Assembly: GCA_965215505.1 (NCBI GenBank)
Contig: OZ244065.1
Span: 5,280,001-5,344,000 of the forward strand
Source of the DNA: Capsulimonadaceae bacterium
GTDB taxonomy: Bacteria > Armatimonadota > Armatimonadia > Armatimonadales > Capsulimonadaceae
Reading direction: 5' to 3'
DNA: 64,000 nucleotides
The translations under genes and the position numbers were made by a program. Of the stretch, positions 46,425 to 56,316 are shown piece by piece (position 1 is the stretch's first letter; each line of letters opens with the position of its first letter). The notes under the pieces are model-generated. The model saw only the letters and a program-made list of their open reading frames with translations, did not search any database and was not told where the DNA came from.

Positions 46425-47897
46425 CTACTTCGCGTTGACCGGCATCTCCAGCGCGAACTTGGAGACCCGCACATGCGGAGGGATCTCGATGGGGTACTTG
46501 CCGTCGAAACACGCCCGGCAGAACTTGTCCTTGTGGATGCCGATGGCCCGCGCCACCCCGTTCAGGCTCAGATAGCCCAAACTCGTCGCGCCGATCATCT
46601 GCCGGATCTCCTCGACGGTGTGCTTGGCGGCCACCAAATCCTGCTGGTTCGCCATGTCAATGCCGTAGAAGCACGGGTACTGCACCGGCGGGGCCGTGAT
46701 CCGCACATGCACCTCAGCAGCCCCGGCATCGAACAGCAGCTTGACCACCTGGCCCGTCGTCGTGCCGCGCACGATGCTGTCATCCACCATGACCACCCGC
46801 TTGCCCGCCAATGCCTCCTTGATCGGCATCAGCTTCATGCGGACGCCCGCCTCGCGCATCCTCTGGTCGGGCTGGATGAATGTCCTCTGAATGTAGCGGT
46901 TCTTGACCACCCCCTCGCCGTAGGGGATGCCGCTGGCCTCCGCGAACCCGATGGCGGCGGGCGTCCCCGTGTCCGGGATCGGCATGACCATGTGCGCCCC
47001 CTCGACGGGGTGTTCCCGCGCCAGTTCCTGCCCCATCCGGCGGCGGCAGTCGTGCAGGCCGCGGCCGTAAATGGTGCTGTCCGGGCGGGCGAAGTAGATG
47101 AATTCCAGCATGCAGGTCGCGCGCACCGTCACCGGCGTCACCTGACGCTCGCGCATCCCGTCCTTGTCAATGATGATCATCTCGCCCGGCTCGACTTCGC
47201 GGAGGAACTGCGCCCCCACCGTGTTCAGCGCGCACGTTTCCGAGGCCAGGACGTAATTCTTGCCGTCGTGCAGGCCCAGGCAGAGCGGGCGGTTGCCGAC
47301 CGGGTCACGGATCGCGATCAGGGCGTCTTCGGTCAGGATGACCACCGAGTAAGCCCCCACCAGGCGCGTCATCGTGTGGGCGACCGCGTCCTCCAGCGAC
47401 TTGTCCTGCTGGGTGGCGATCATCCGGGCGATGACCTCGCTGTCGTTCGTGGTCTCGAACGGGACGCCCTCCGCCTCCATCTCCGCCCGCAGCTCTTCCG
47501 TGTTGACGAGGTTGCCGTTGTGCGCGACCGCCACCGTGCCGTCGCCCCAGGCGCAGTGCAGGGGCTGGGCGTTCCGCAGGATGCTCGAACCCGTCGTGGA
47601 GTAGCGCGTGTGGCCGATGGCGATGTGGCCCTTGAGTTGGGCGATGGTGTGCGAATCGAAGACCTGCGTGACCAGGCCCATTTCCTTGTACCACTTGATG
47701 TCGTGGCCGTCGGACACCATGATCCCCGCCGACTCCTGGCCCCGGTGCTGCAAAGCGAACAGGCCGAAGTAGGTCAGGCGGGCGACATCCTCCCCAGGCG
47801 CATAGATGCCGAAGACCCCGCACTCCTCGCGGGGCGTGTCGTCTTCCGCCGCCGGGTCCCAGATCCCCGCATCAAGGTTTGTTTCTACATCAAGCAT
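46425..47897 (-). CDS. purF: Amidophosphoribosyltransferase
   Basis: EECGVFG, LQHRGQES, VDDSIVRGTT. Confidence 0.97.
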   Translation of the reverse strand: MLDVETNLDAGIWDPAAEDDTPREECGVFGIYAPGEDVARLTYFGLFALQHRGQESAGIMVSDGHDIKWYKEMGLVTQVFDSHTIAQLKGHIAIGHTRYSTTGSSILRNAQPLHCAWGDGTVAVAHNGNLVNTEELRAEMEAEGVPFETTNDSEVIARMIATQQDKSLEDAVAHTMTRLVGAYSVVILTEDALIAIRDPVGNRPLCLGLHDGKNYVLASETCALNTVGAQFLREVEPGEMIIIDKDGMRERQVTPVTVRATCMLEFIYFARPDSTIYGRGLHDCRRRMGQELAREHPVEGAHMVMPIPDTGTPAAIGFAEASGIPYGEGVVKNRYIQRTFIQPDQRMREAGVRMKLMPIKEALAGKRVVMVDDSIVRGTTTGQVVKLLFDAGAAEVHVRITAPPVQYPCFYGIDMANQQDLVAAKHTVEEIRQMIGATSLGYLSLNGVARAIGIHKDKFCRACFDGKYPIEIPPHVRVSKFALEMPVNAK

Positions 47898-47949
47898 ACG
47901 GCGAGTATTATACCTGATTCGCTGACGCCGAATACGCGTCTATCTTGAT

Positions 47950-48846
47950 TCACCCGCCTACCGTCGCAAAGTAGTGGTCAAAGAAGGCTTCGGCCTCCAC
48001 CGACGTCGCGATCTCGTGCGGTTTTTGCGGCGCGTTGTCGTCGAAATACGTCTGCCCCAGCCCGCGCAGGCTGGTCAGCTCGACCTCGACCCGCTGCGGC
48101 TCCAGGACGCACAGCGACGGCTCGAAGATCAAAGCCGCCGCCAGCGGGTCGTGGAACGTGATCTGCGGCGTGTGCCGGAACCAGACTTCCGCCATGTCCA
48201 GCACCAAGTCCAACGGCGGCCCCGCCCGCGTGAACCGTTCGCGCACTTCCTCCGAGGGCATCCGGCACCGCATCGTCACATCCAGTCCCACCGCGACCAG
48301 CCTGGGCACGGGGGCGTTGAAGACGATGGCGGCGGCGTGGGGGTCGTTGCGGATGTTCCACTCGGCGTTCGTGTGGTCATACCCGCGCCCGTAAAAGACC
48401 CCGCCCATGACGATGAGCTGCCTCAGCAGCGTAGGAATTTCCGGGTCCAGCGCGAACAAAACCGCGAGGTTCGTGAACGGTCCCGTCGCCAGCAGGGTGA
48501 TCTCGCCGGGCCGGGCGCGGATCGTCTCGCGCAGGAAGTCTATCGCCGTTGGGGCCGGCCCGAACTCCCGCTGTTCCCGCCCCGCCAGCACCTCCGCCTG
48601 CGCCGCCTGCGGCTGGAGCGAAGGGACAAGCAGCGGCACGGCCAGACCCACATGGACCGGCACGTCATCGCGCCCCGCCCCCCGAACGATGGCGTCCGCC
48701 AGCGCCGCCCGCTTGTCCGGCTCGCCCGTGACGGTCGTGATGCCCAGCATCTCGCAGCGCGGCTGCCGGAGCAGATACGCCAGCGCGACCGCGTCGTCGA
48801 TGTCCGAGCCGATGTCTGTGTCGAAGAGTATCGGGATTGTGTCCAT
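47950..48846 (-). CDS. Nucleoside hydrolase
   Basis: DTDIGSDIDD, AEWN, HDPL. Confidence 0.92.
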   Translation of the reverse strand: MDTIPILFDTDIGSDIDDAVALAYLLRQPRCEMLGITTVTGEPDKRAALADAIVRGAGRDDVPVHVGLAVPLLVPSLQPQAAQAEVLAGREQREFGPAPTAIDFLRETIRARPGEITLLATGPFTNLAVLFALDPEIPTLLRQLIVMGGVFYGRGYDHTNAEWNIRNDPHAAAIVFNAPVPRLVAVGLDVTMRCRMPSEEVRERFTRAGPPLDLVLDMAEVWFRHTPQITFHDPLAAALIFEPSLCVLEPQRVEVELTSLRGLGQTYFDDNAPQKPHEIATSVEAEAFFDHYFATVGG

Positions 48847-48900
48847 GCTCCGCCGGTTCGCCGCCGCCCGCCGTTTTTCCTGCCGGGCGTGTGCAAAGAA

Positions 48901-48928
48901 GGGCACCGGCCATGAATGGCCGGTGCCC
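48901..48928. repeat. REP-like palindrome
   Basis: gggcaccggcca-tgaa-tggccggtgccc. Confidence 0.75.
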
Positions 48929-48942
48929 CTGCCCCCCCGCTT

Positions 48943-49356
48943 CTACGCCGCCGGAGGCTCATCTATCAAATGCTGCCGCAGATAGGCCACCGCATGGGCC
49001 GCCTCGGAAGCGTTCAGCGTGTGCGCCGTGTAGCCCGGCTCCCAGTAGATGGCTATCTCCTTGGAATTACCCGTCATCAACCTTCGCAGCAGCGCCAGCG
49101 CCTCCTGCGCCGCCCCGTGCGCGATGCGGAGCAGATCGGTGATGGGAAGCGAGGCTGGGAAACTCGCGATCATGTCCATCTGACAGGGAGTGGCGCTGAT
49201 GGCGAGAACGCGGCAGAAGTGGGAGCGGATGCCGGTCCGCACGGCCAGGATGGCCGCCTGCCGGAGCTGATCATCCTCCAGAAGCGGCCTGCCGTTTTGG
49301 GTCCGCCAGGTGAGATGAACGAACAACTGCACGTCCGTGGCCTGTAGGTGTCGCAT
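48943..49356 (-). CDS. IS200/IS605 TnpA / RAYT-like protein lacking HUH motif
   Basis: LFVHLTWRT..RPLL, W.PGY, AYLRQH; CQMD where DHVH expected. Confidence 0.7.
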   Translation of the reverse strand: MRHLQATDVQLFVHLTWRTQNGRPLLEDDQLRQAAILAVRTGIRSHFCRVLAISATPCQMDMIASFPASLPITDLLRIAHGAAQEALALLRRLMTGNSKEIAIYWEPGYTAHTLNASEAAHAVAYLRQHLIDEPPAA

Positions 49357-49590
49357 GGGTTCTTGTGTCTCCTGACTGAAATCATCTGAGACGAGAAACC
49401 CAATAGTTCTAGCAGGGCCTACCAGGAGTCTGACTGCACTCACTAGCAATTATCATGCCAAACGCCACTAATCATAAGAAAACAAAGGGTTGTTTCTACT
49501 GTTGTAATAGGGCTTGCACACAAAAGGGGGGCGAACCCATGGTTCGCCCCCTTATATCCATTCCGAAGCCCAGAAGGGGCGGCCCGTCCG

Positions 49591-49630
49591 TGTAGACCGG
49601 CCATGTAGACCGGCCATTCATGGCCGGGGC
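49591..49630. repeat. GTAG-led REP-like palindrome with 13-bp duplication
   Basis: tgtagaccggcca x2 + ttcatggccgg. Confidence 0.7.
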
Positions 49631-51835
49631 TCATGCCGCCATCGCCGCCGGGATCGCGCCTTCGTAAGCGTCGCGCATACCGGCGACCGCCACGGTGAGG
49701 TTCGGTCCGCTCTCGTTTTGGCCCAAGGTGAGGCAATCCCCGGACACATAGCCGATAGGCCGTTTACCGGAAAGTGCCTCGAACGCGGCAGATTGTGACG
49801 GAGCCACAGTGACGACAACCGTGGCCGTCATTTCTGCGAACAGGTCTTTCGCTTGATAATCCGGCCAGTCCACTGTTGCCCCAATGCCGCCCGCAATACA
49901 GCACTCCGCCAGCGCGACAGCCAACCCGCCGTCCGAAACGTCATGTGCGGATTGCAGTAGCCCCTGGCTGATTACATCGCGCAGGAACGCTTGCAGCCTC
50001 TTTTCCGCCTCCATGTCCAGCGCGGGCGGCCTGCCGACCTCCTGCCCATGGATGACCGCCAGATACTCACTGCCGCCCAGGGAAGGCTTGCCATCACCAA
50101 CCAGGTAGATCAGATCCCCCTCGTTCTTGAACCCCATCGTCACCCGCTTGTCCGCGTCCGGCAGCAGTCCGACCATGCCGACCGTCGGGGTGGGGTAGAT
50201 CGCCCGCTCCGGCGTCTCATTGTAGAACGACACGTTCCCCGAAATGACCGGCGTTCCCAGCGCCTCGCAGGCGTCCGCCAGGCCCTCGACCGCCCGGCGG
50301 AACTGCCAGAAGCCTTCCGGCTTCTCCGGTGAGGCAAAGTTCAGGCAGTCCGTCACCGCCAAAGGCGTCGCGCCGACGCAGCTCAGGTTGCGCGCGGCCT
50401 CGGCGACCGCGATCCGCGCGCCCTCATAGGGGTCCAGGTAACAGTAGCGCGGGTTGCAGTCCGTCGTCAGCGCGATCCCCTTGCCCCCGCTGTCACGCAG
50501 CCGCAGAACGGCGGCGTCCGCCGCGCCCGGCAGCACCGTCGTCTGCGTCTGCACCATCGAGTCGTACTGGTCATATACCCAGCGCTTGGAGGCGATGGAC
50601 GGGGACGCCAACAGCCTCAGCAGGACCTCGTTGTAGTCGTCCGGCTCCGGCAGCCCCGACAGGTCCGCCGACCGGACTTTCTGGATGTAAGCCGGCTCGG
50701 CAGCCGCCAAAGAATAGGTCGGGCAGTCGTCCGTCAGCGACTTGGCGGGGACGTTGGCCGCCACCGTCCCGCCGTCCCGGATGACCACCATGCCCGTATC
50801 CGTGACCGTGCCGATGACCACCGCGTTCAGGCCCCATTTGTGGAACACCGCCGCGACTTCGTCCTCATGGCCCTTCTCGATCACCGCTAGCATCCGCTCC
50901 TGCGACTCGGACAGCATGATCTCATACGCCGTCATGCCCGCCTCGCGCTGCGGCACCGCCCGGACGTCCACGTCCATGCCCACGCCGCCCTTGGCGGACA
51001 TCTCGCAGGTGGAACAGGTCAGCCCGGCCGCCCCCATGTCCTGGATGCCGACCACGAACCCCGTCGCCAGTGCCTCCAGAGTCGCCTCGATCAGAAGCTT
51101 CTCGGCGAACGGGTCCCCCATCTGCACATTGGGCCGCTTGCTCTCCGAGTCCGGCCCCAGCTCGACCGAGGCGAAAGTTGCCCCGTGTATCCCGTCCTTG
51201 CCCGTCGCCGACCCCACATACAGCACCGGGTTCCCGACCCCCTTCGACTCCGCCGAGGCGATCTTGTCCAGCGGCACCACCCCCACCGCCATCGCATTGA
51301 CCAACGGGTTGCCGGTGTACGACGAGTGAAAGTAGATCTCGCCGCCGACGGTGGGTACACCAACCGAATTTCCGTAACTTGAGATGCCCCCCACCACATG
51401 CTCGAACAAGTATCGGGTGCGGTCGTCGCCGCTCTTCCTGTCAATCGGCCCGAACCGCAGGCTGTTCAGGATGGCGACCGGCCGCGCCCCCATCGTGAAG
51501 ATGTCGCGCAGGATGCCGCCCACCCCCGTCGCCGCGCCCTGGAACGGCTCCACGGCGGACGGGTGGTTGTGCGACTCCATCTTCATCACGATCCCGATGT
51601 TGCCGCCGATGTCAATGACGCCCGCGTTCTCCACCGCCCCCGTGTCCATCGCCTCCTTGTACTTCTTGAACAGGCGCAGGACTGGCCGGGAATACTTGTA
51701 GCCGCAGTGCTCCGACCACATCACGGCATACATGCCGAGTTCGGTGATCGTCGGCTCCCGCCCGAGCGCTTCCAGCACCAGGGCATATTCCGAGTCATTC
51801 AGTCCCATCTCGCGGTAAACTTGGGGGTCAATCAT
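49631..51835 (-). CDS. purL: Phosphoribosylformylglycinamidine synthase subunit PurL
   Basis: MWSEHCGYK, ESHNHPS, QDMGAAGL, SESQERM. Confidence 0.97.
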   Translation of the reverse strand: MIDPQVYREMGLNDSEYALVLEALGREPTITELGMYAVMWSEHCGYKYSRPVLRLFKKYKEAMDTGAVENAGVIDIGGNIGIVMKMESHNHPSAVEPFQGAATGVGGILRDIFTMGARPVAILNSLRFGPIDRKSGDDRTRYLFEHVVGGISSYGNSVGVPTVGGEIYFHSSYTGNPLVNAMAVGVVPLDKIASAESKGVGNPVLYVGSATGKDGIHGATFASVELGPDSESKRPNVQMGDPFAEKLLIEATLEALATGFVVGIQDMGAAGLTCSTCEMSAKGGVGMDVDVRAVPQREAGMTAYEIMLSESQERMLAVIEKGHEDEVAAVFHKWGLNAVVIGTVTDTGMVVIRDGGTVAANVPAKSLTDDCPTYSLAAAEPAYIQKVRSADLSGLPEPDDYNEVLLRLLASPSIASKRWVYDQYDSMVQTQTTVLPGAADAAVLRLRDSGGKGIALTTDCNPRYCYLDPYEGARIAVAEAARNLSCVGATPLAVTDCLNFASPEKPEGFWQFRRAVEGLADACEALGTPVISGNVSFYNETPERAIYPTPTVGMVGLLPDADKRVTMGFKNEGDLIYLVGDGKPSLGGSEYLAVIHGQEVGRPPALDMEAEKRLQAFLRDVISQGLLQSAHDVSDGGLAVALAECCIAGGIGATVDWPDYQAKDLFAEMTATVVVTVAPSQSAAFEALSGKRPIGYVSGDCLTLGQNESGPNLTVAVAGMRDAYEGAIPAAMAA

Positions 51836-51842
51836 AGTAGGG

Positions 51843-52529
51843 TTATGCCTGTATAGCCTTCTCTATCCGAGCGAACTGTTCATCCGTCATGTGCTTTGGG
51901 ACGATGTAGGGGTTACGCGGGAACTTCAACTCTATGAACGGGTAGGTTTTCAGTTCTGGAACCGCCTCTAACCACTGTGCGCGGCTCCGCATGATAACAA
52001 TCTCCGAGTTCGCCTGGATTGCTTGCCGAACCAAATGGAACGAGTATTCTTGTGATGGCACCCGCTGAGGTAAAGCCTTGTAACGTGTGGAGCAATAAGG
52101 AAAAAGCTGGACGCAGGCAAATTGCTCGGCGACAGTTTTCTGTCCATGCTGTTCTATGAAATACCGAAGCCGCTTATGCCACCACTGATAACCAAGCGTA
52201 TATTTGAATTGAGGATCAAGGTAGAAGAAGGGGTAGGTGCTCTCAAACGTCAGGCTCTTGCGCCGCTGTTCTACATAGTACGGGTCTTGCAGCAAATAAG
52301 CGAAGACTTCTGCGGAAAAACCTCCGTTAAGCGCGAGGAGCAGCACGTTCGCCTTTTCTGGGTTGCCTAAATAGGGGTACGGCAATGTATCTAGCCGAAT
52401 GGCTGTGTCGCCCTCTAGCCTGCTCATATAGCGGTCGAGAATGGGTTTGTCGCATTGGAGGACGTAAGACGGTTTGGTAGGCAAATCACGCCAGGGGTTT
52501 TGCGGCACAACTAATTCTTTTGTCATCAT
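51843..52529 (-). CDS. Hypothetical protein, uracil-DNA-glycosylase-like fold suspected
   Basis: PYPYLGNP..ANVLLLALNGG resembles UDG-superfamily motif 1; AT-rich. Confidence 0.55.
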   Translation of the reverse strand: MMTKELVVPQNPWRDLPTKPSYVLQCDKPILDRYMSRLEGDTAIRLDTLPYPYLGNPEKANVLLLALNGGFSAEVFAYLLQDPYYVEQRRKSLTFESTYPFFYLDPQFKYTLGYQWWHKRLRYFIEQHGQKTVAEQFACVQLFPYCSTRYKALPQRVPSQEYSFHLVRQAIQANSEIVIMRSRAQWLEAVPELKTYPFIELKFPRNPYIVPKHMTDEQFARIEKAIQA

Positions 52530-52535
52530 ATAACC

Positions 52536-53675
52536 TCATTTTGTTTTGCGAAAGCAGTCCCTTGGGATCTCTCCCAAAATTTTCCCTGTATTACTTGCGT
52601 CTTTCTTGATTTGCTTTACGCCCCGCTTGCCTTCTTTTCCGATTGCAGTTCCATTCCAACGGACAACAAACGGGGTATTGCCATTATCTTTGTATGCTTG
52701 CCTCAGTTCAGTGGCGGAACAGTAAACCTCTGGGATTTTTTCATTTGCTCCTTCTTCTGTGTAGGAGCGCTCATAGCTGCCGATCAACATACCGCCATCA
52801 TAAATTTGCAGTAACCACCATTTTGAACTTCCAGTAGGTGGTTGAATCTCCACACGCAACTCTGCCTTCGTACCGATCTCGATAGGCGTGCTTGTTTCAA
52901 CAGGCTTGCTTGTGGCTTCTTCTTTTAGCTGCTGAACCTCAGCCGTCAAGCCAGTGTTTTCCGGTGTCGGCTGTACGGTTTGCGGGGTCGACTCTGCTAC
53001 GATCTGGTCAGGGGCAGGAACAGGTGGTTTGGGAACAGTTAACGGCTTAGAGGATACTATTTTCTCGAGAGCCAGTAATTCCTTCTCGATGTCACTTACG
53101 ACTCGAGGCGGAGTGCCAGGATCCGGCTCTAACGCAGAAGTAGGTTGAAAAACCGCAACAGCAGTTGCATCTAAGACTGGTATCACGGAGGCGATCCGGC
53201 TGTCTAATGCCTGCATCTTTTTCAGCAGGTTTTCTTTTATTATTTCGCTAACACGGGAAATTGCTTCCTCAATGGCTGGTGTGCGTGGAACGACAAGTTC
53301 TAAAAGCTTGACGATATTATCAATCGCTTTTTCTTTATCCTGTGTCGTGAAGTTAGGATTGAGATGAGCTGAAGCGTTGCGATATTCTTTTAAATCCCAT
53401 ACCAATTCCTTCCCCGTTGGTGCGTCTCTACGATGAGGAAAGGCGTTTGAGAAAAGCTGCCAATTATTGTTTAGCGTCCACAGCAAACATAGAGGATCAT
53501 TTAGGTTTGCTGAGTTGTTGCCAATACGATGAACCTGACGCTCCCATTTATCGTTGTATTTAGATTTCAATTTTGCTTCGACAAGTGGGCGCAGTCCTGA
53601 CACAAGCTTTGCAAAAGCCTTGTCAGACTGGCTCCGATCACTTAGTTCTCTATCTAACAATTCTTCGTTAGTCAA
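52536..53675 (-). CDS. Swt1-like HEPN domain protein
   Basis: GLRPLVE, D..CLL...NNW..F, RNASAH (RX4H); GAGGAG SD before TTG. Confidence 0.75.
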   Translation of the reverse strand: MTNEELLDRELSDRSQSDKAFAKLVSGLRPLVEAKLKSKYNDKWERQVHRIGNNSANLNDPLCLLWTLNNNWQLFSNAFPHRRDAPTGKELVWDLKEYRNASAHLNPNFTTQDKEKAIDNIVKLLELVVPRTPAIEEAISRVSEIIKENLLKKMQALDSRIASVIPVLDATAVAVFQPTSALEPDPGTPPRVVSDIEKELLALEKIVSSKPLTVPKPPVPAPDQIVAESTPQTVQPTPENTGLTAEVQQLKEEATSKPVETSTPIEIGTKAELRVEIQPPTGSSKWWLLQIYDGGMLIGSYERSYTEEGANEKIPEVYCSATELRQAYKDNGNTPFVVRWNGTAIGKEGKRGVKQIKKDASNTGKILGEIPRDCFRKTK

Positions 53676-53722
53676 GTTCTTGCTCCTCTATCAACACTGC
53701 CACTCCTAATAAATGCGCCTTT

Positions 53723-53908
53723 CTATTGCTGTTGGACCTTCCCTTCATTCACGACAACGGTGGCAAAGTTCGCCTCCGCCTTAGTGAGTGCCTGATCCAA
53801 TAGCATGGTGAACGCCTCTTCTGGACTCACGCCATACATTTCAGCGACCGAACGAACCTGAGATTCCATGTCTGGTGTCAAAGTGATTGTCATGGTCCAT
53901 GTCTCCAA
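53723..53908 (-). CDS. Small ribbon-helix-helix/antitoxin-like protein
   Basis: MTITLTPDMESQVRSVAE..GVSPE; TATAAT upstream; true start may be 53893. Confidence 0.55.
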   Translation of the reverse strand: METWTMTITLTPDMESQVRSVAEMYGVSPEEAFTMLLDQALTKAEANFATVVVNEGKVQQQ

Positions 53909-53956
53909 AAAGCCGACGCCCCGATTATACCTCAGAACCTCTCAAGCAGACAGCAG

Positions 53957-54860
53957 TTAGGGCCTAACCGCTGGCGCGGGCACCAGTACGACGTAATCGG
54001 CCAGCTCTTTGTCCGCACTCACCGGGGCCTTCTTCACATCGGCCACCGGCACGACCGACACGATGACGATCCTCGTCAGCGGCCTGCGCCACAACACGCG
54101 GCGGGGGATGCCGTCGCCGGAGTTCGGAGTGGAACTGGCCGTTGATATGGAGGACCAGCCCATTAGGCGCAGCCTCCAGGCGGCGTGTGATGCTCTCGGC
54201 CATCGTCTCGTCCCGCAGGGTCTGGGCCTCGTAGAAGCGGGCCACCGTCGCCTCGTCCATCACTGCCCCGCCGTGCGCGCCGCCCATCGCCTCCATCACG
54301 GCCTTGAAGCGGAGCCACGCGCCATCGTGCGGGGCCTGCACCTGGGCGGCGGCCTGACCCGGCGGCGTTTCAGTCAGAGCGGCCAGGCCCCGCTTGCCGA
54401 CAGCCGAGGCGATGGGCTGGGGGACGTTCGTGGCGAGGACGGGGATGCCGTTCGCCTTCGCATATTCCACCAAGGGCCGGTAGTCCGTCTGATAGTTGGA
54501 CCAGGGCCGGGCCGCCTTCCGAAACGCCGTCTCGTCCATTTGTCCGTGCAGATAGCCATCAAGCGCGGGCTGAACGTCCCGCTCCCACATCTCCATCCCC
54601 AGCGCCAGCCGCGCGCCCGCGCGCTTGTGCAGGCCCGCAAGGATCGTCATTTCCAGCGTGTGCGTCGCCGGGTCCGTGTGCTGCTCCCCGACGAAGACGA
54701 CATCGGCCCGCGCAAGCCGGTCCAGCAGGGCGTCTTGAGAGATCGTCTTGTCGGCGCGCGTGTCCATGATGATGGGTGAAGGCATGGCGTTCGCGGCGGA
54801 CAGTAAGCAGCAGAGCGTGAGGACTGAGAAGAGAACCGAAATCTGCCGATAATAGAGCAT
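53957..54860 (-). pseudogene. ChaN-family (heme/iron-related) protein with +1 frameshift
   Basis: VVFVGEQH, LGMEM, YRPLVEYAK, AQTLRDETMA, G.FHS; extra base near 54124, restored frame gives GDGIPRRV..LADYV. Confidence 0.75.
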
Positions 54861-54909
54861 AGAAGTTCTTTCGGCGCTGGACGCCGCTCTTCCTGCGTCA
54901 CTCAGCACC

Positions 54910-56022
54910 ATGCACATACCGACCATCACGACCGCATTAGGGGGGACCGCTTCGGCGGCCTTCGGCCTTCTGGGCAGGATCGCCCAGGCCGCGTCGCCGC
55001 TGCTGATGCCGGGCGCGCTCCCCGTCGGGGCCGCCGCCGGGGCCGTGACGCCCGACCGCGTCCGGGCCGCCCTGCTGGAAATGGGGCTTGCGGCGGCGGA
55101 CGCCGACGTCGCGCTGGCCGAGGCGCTGGTCCAGGCGGGCCTGCCGCTGACCGCCGCCTCGCTCGCCGAGGCGCACGCCGACCTCGCCCGCGCGCCGGGC
55201 ACGTCCCCGCAGGCCTACGTCGTCGCCAAGACCCTGGCCCTGCCGTCTTCCCCCGACGCCCTCCGGGCGCTGACGGCCGTTCTGAACGCGCCGTCCGATG
55301 CGCCGGGGCGCGGCGTCCTGCCCGAACAGGTCCGCATGTGGCTCGGCCTGGGCATGGAGGCGCAAGCCGCCCCCGAGGCGCAGGCCCGCCACCTGCGCGA
55401 GATGATGCTCCAGGTCGGGCGCAGCACGGAGAACCGGGTACTCGCGGTGATCGACGGCAAGGAGAGTCTGCCGGTTGCCGACCTGCGGACGGCCCTGCTG
55501 CGGCTGGCCTCCTCGTCCGGCGACCGCGCCCTGCGCGGACAGGCCGATGGCCTGGCCTCTCTGCTGGAAGGCCAGCAGCTTCTCAACCAGGCTGCACTCG
55601 CCGCCCACGCCGGGCGCGCGGAAACGCCCCTCTACTTCGCCCTGCCCCTGGCCTTCGACGGCCTGCCCACCGTCGCCGAGATGCGCCTGTGGCAGCCGGA
55701 CAGGGACACGGGGAACGGAGACGAGGCGGAAGACGGACACGCCCTGCGTGTGACGGTCCGGCTCTCGCCGCCCCGGCTCGGCCGGGTGCAGGCGGACCTC
55801 ACGGGTCGCCTCGCCGGGAGCCTGACCTGCCGCCTGGGCGCGGAGAAGCCGGCAGCCGCACGTCTGCTCGCCCGGCACTCCGAGGCGCTGGCGGAGGCTC
55901 TTGCTCAGTCGGGCTGGCCCACCTGCGAAGTCACTTGCCGTCCACAATCCGAGTGGCCCCCGCTCTGGCCCGGCGGCGAAGCGTTCACCACCCCGCGCGC
56001 CCGTGTGGACCAGCACGTTTAG
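54910..56022 (+). CDS. Flagellar hook-length control (FliK-like) protein
   Basis: C-terminal LSPPRLGRVQADL; followed by FlhB-domain gene. Confidence 0.6.
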   Translation: MHIPTITTALGGTASAAFGLLGRIAQAASPLLMPGALPVGAAAGAVTPDRVRAALLEMGLAAADADVALAEALVQAGLPLTAASLAEAHADLARAPGTSPQAYVVAKTLALPSSPDALRALTAVLNAPSDAPGRGVLPEQVRMWLGLGMEAQAAPEAQARHLREMMLQVGRSTENRVLAVIDGKESLPVADLRTALLRLASSSGDRALRGQADGLASLLEGQQLLNQAALAAHAGRAETPLYFALPLAFDGLPTVAEMRLWQPDRDTGNGDEAEDGHALRVTVRLSPPRLGRVQADLTGRLAGSLTCRLGAEKPAAARLLARHSEALAEALAQSGWPTCEVTCRPQSEWPPLWPGGEAFTTPRARVDQHV

Positions 56023-56042
56023 CCCGTTCGAGAACTACCCTC

Positions 56043-56303
56043 ATGGATGAACCCACCACCGCCGTCGCCCTGCGCTACTCGCCCGAGGACGGTGCCGCCC
56101 CCAAGATCGTCGCCAAAGGCGAAGGCTTCCTCGCCGCCGAGATCCTCAAAGTCGCCCGCGAGAACGACATCCCCCTGCGCCACGACCCCGCCCTCGCCGG
56201 TGCCCTGGCGACCCTCGACATCGGCCAGCAGATTCCCCCCGAGCTGTTCCGCGCCGTCGCCGAAATCCTGGCCTTCATCTACAAAATGAACGGCAAGGCC
56301 TGA
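56043..56303 (+). CDS. FlhB C-terminal domain (EscU/YscU/HrcU family) protein
   Basis: AVALRY..APKIVAKG, IPPELFRAVAEILAFIY. Confidence 0.9.
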   Translation: MDEPTTAVALRYSPEDGAAPKIVAKGEGFLAAEILKVARENDIPLRHDPALAGALATLDIGQQIPPELFRAVAEILAFIYKMNGKA

Positions 56304-56316
56304 TCGGACCAAGCAC

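Noticed and set aside
54910-56303. Type III secretion system
   Set aside because: Only the common stand-alone FliK-like/FlhB-C pair; no apparatus genes
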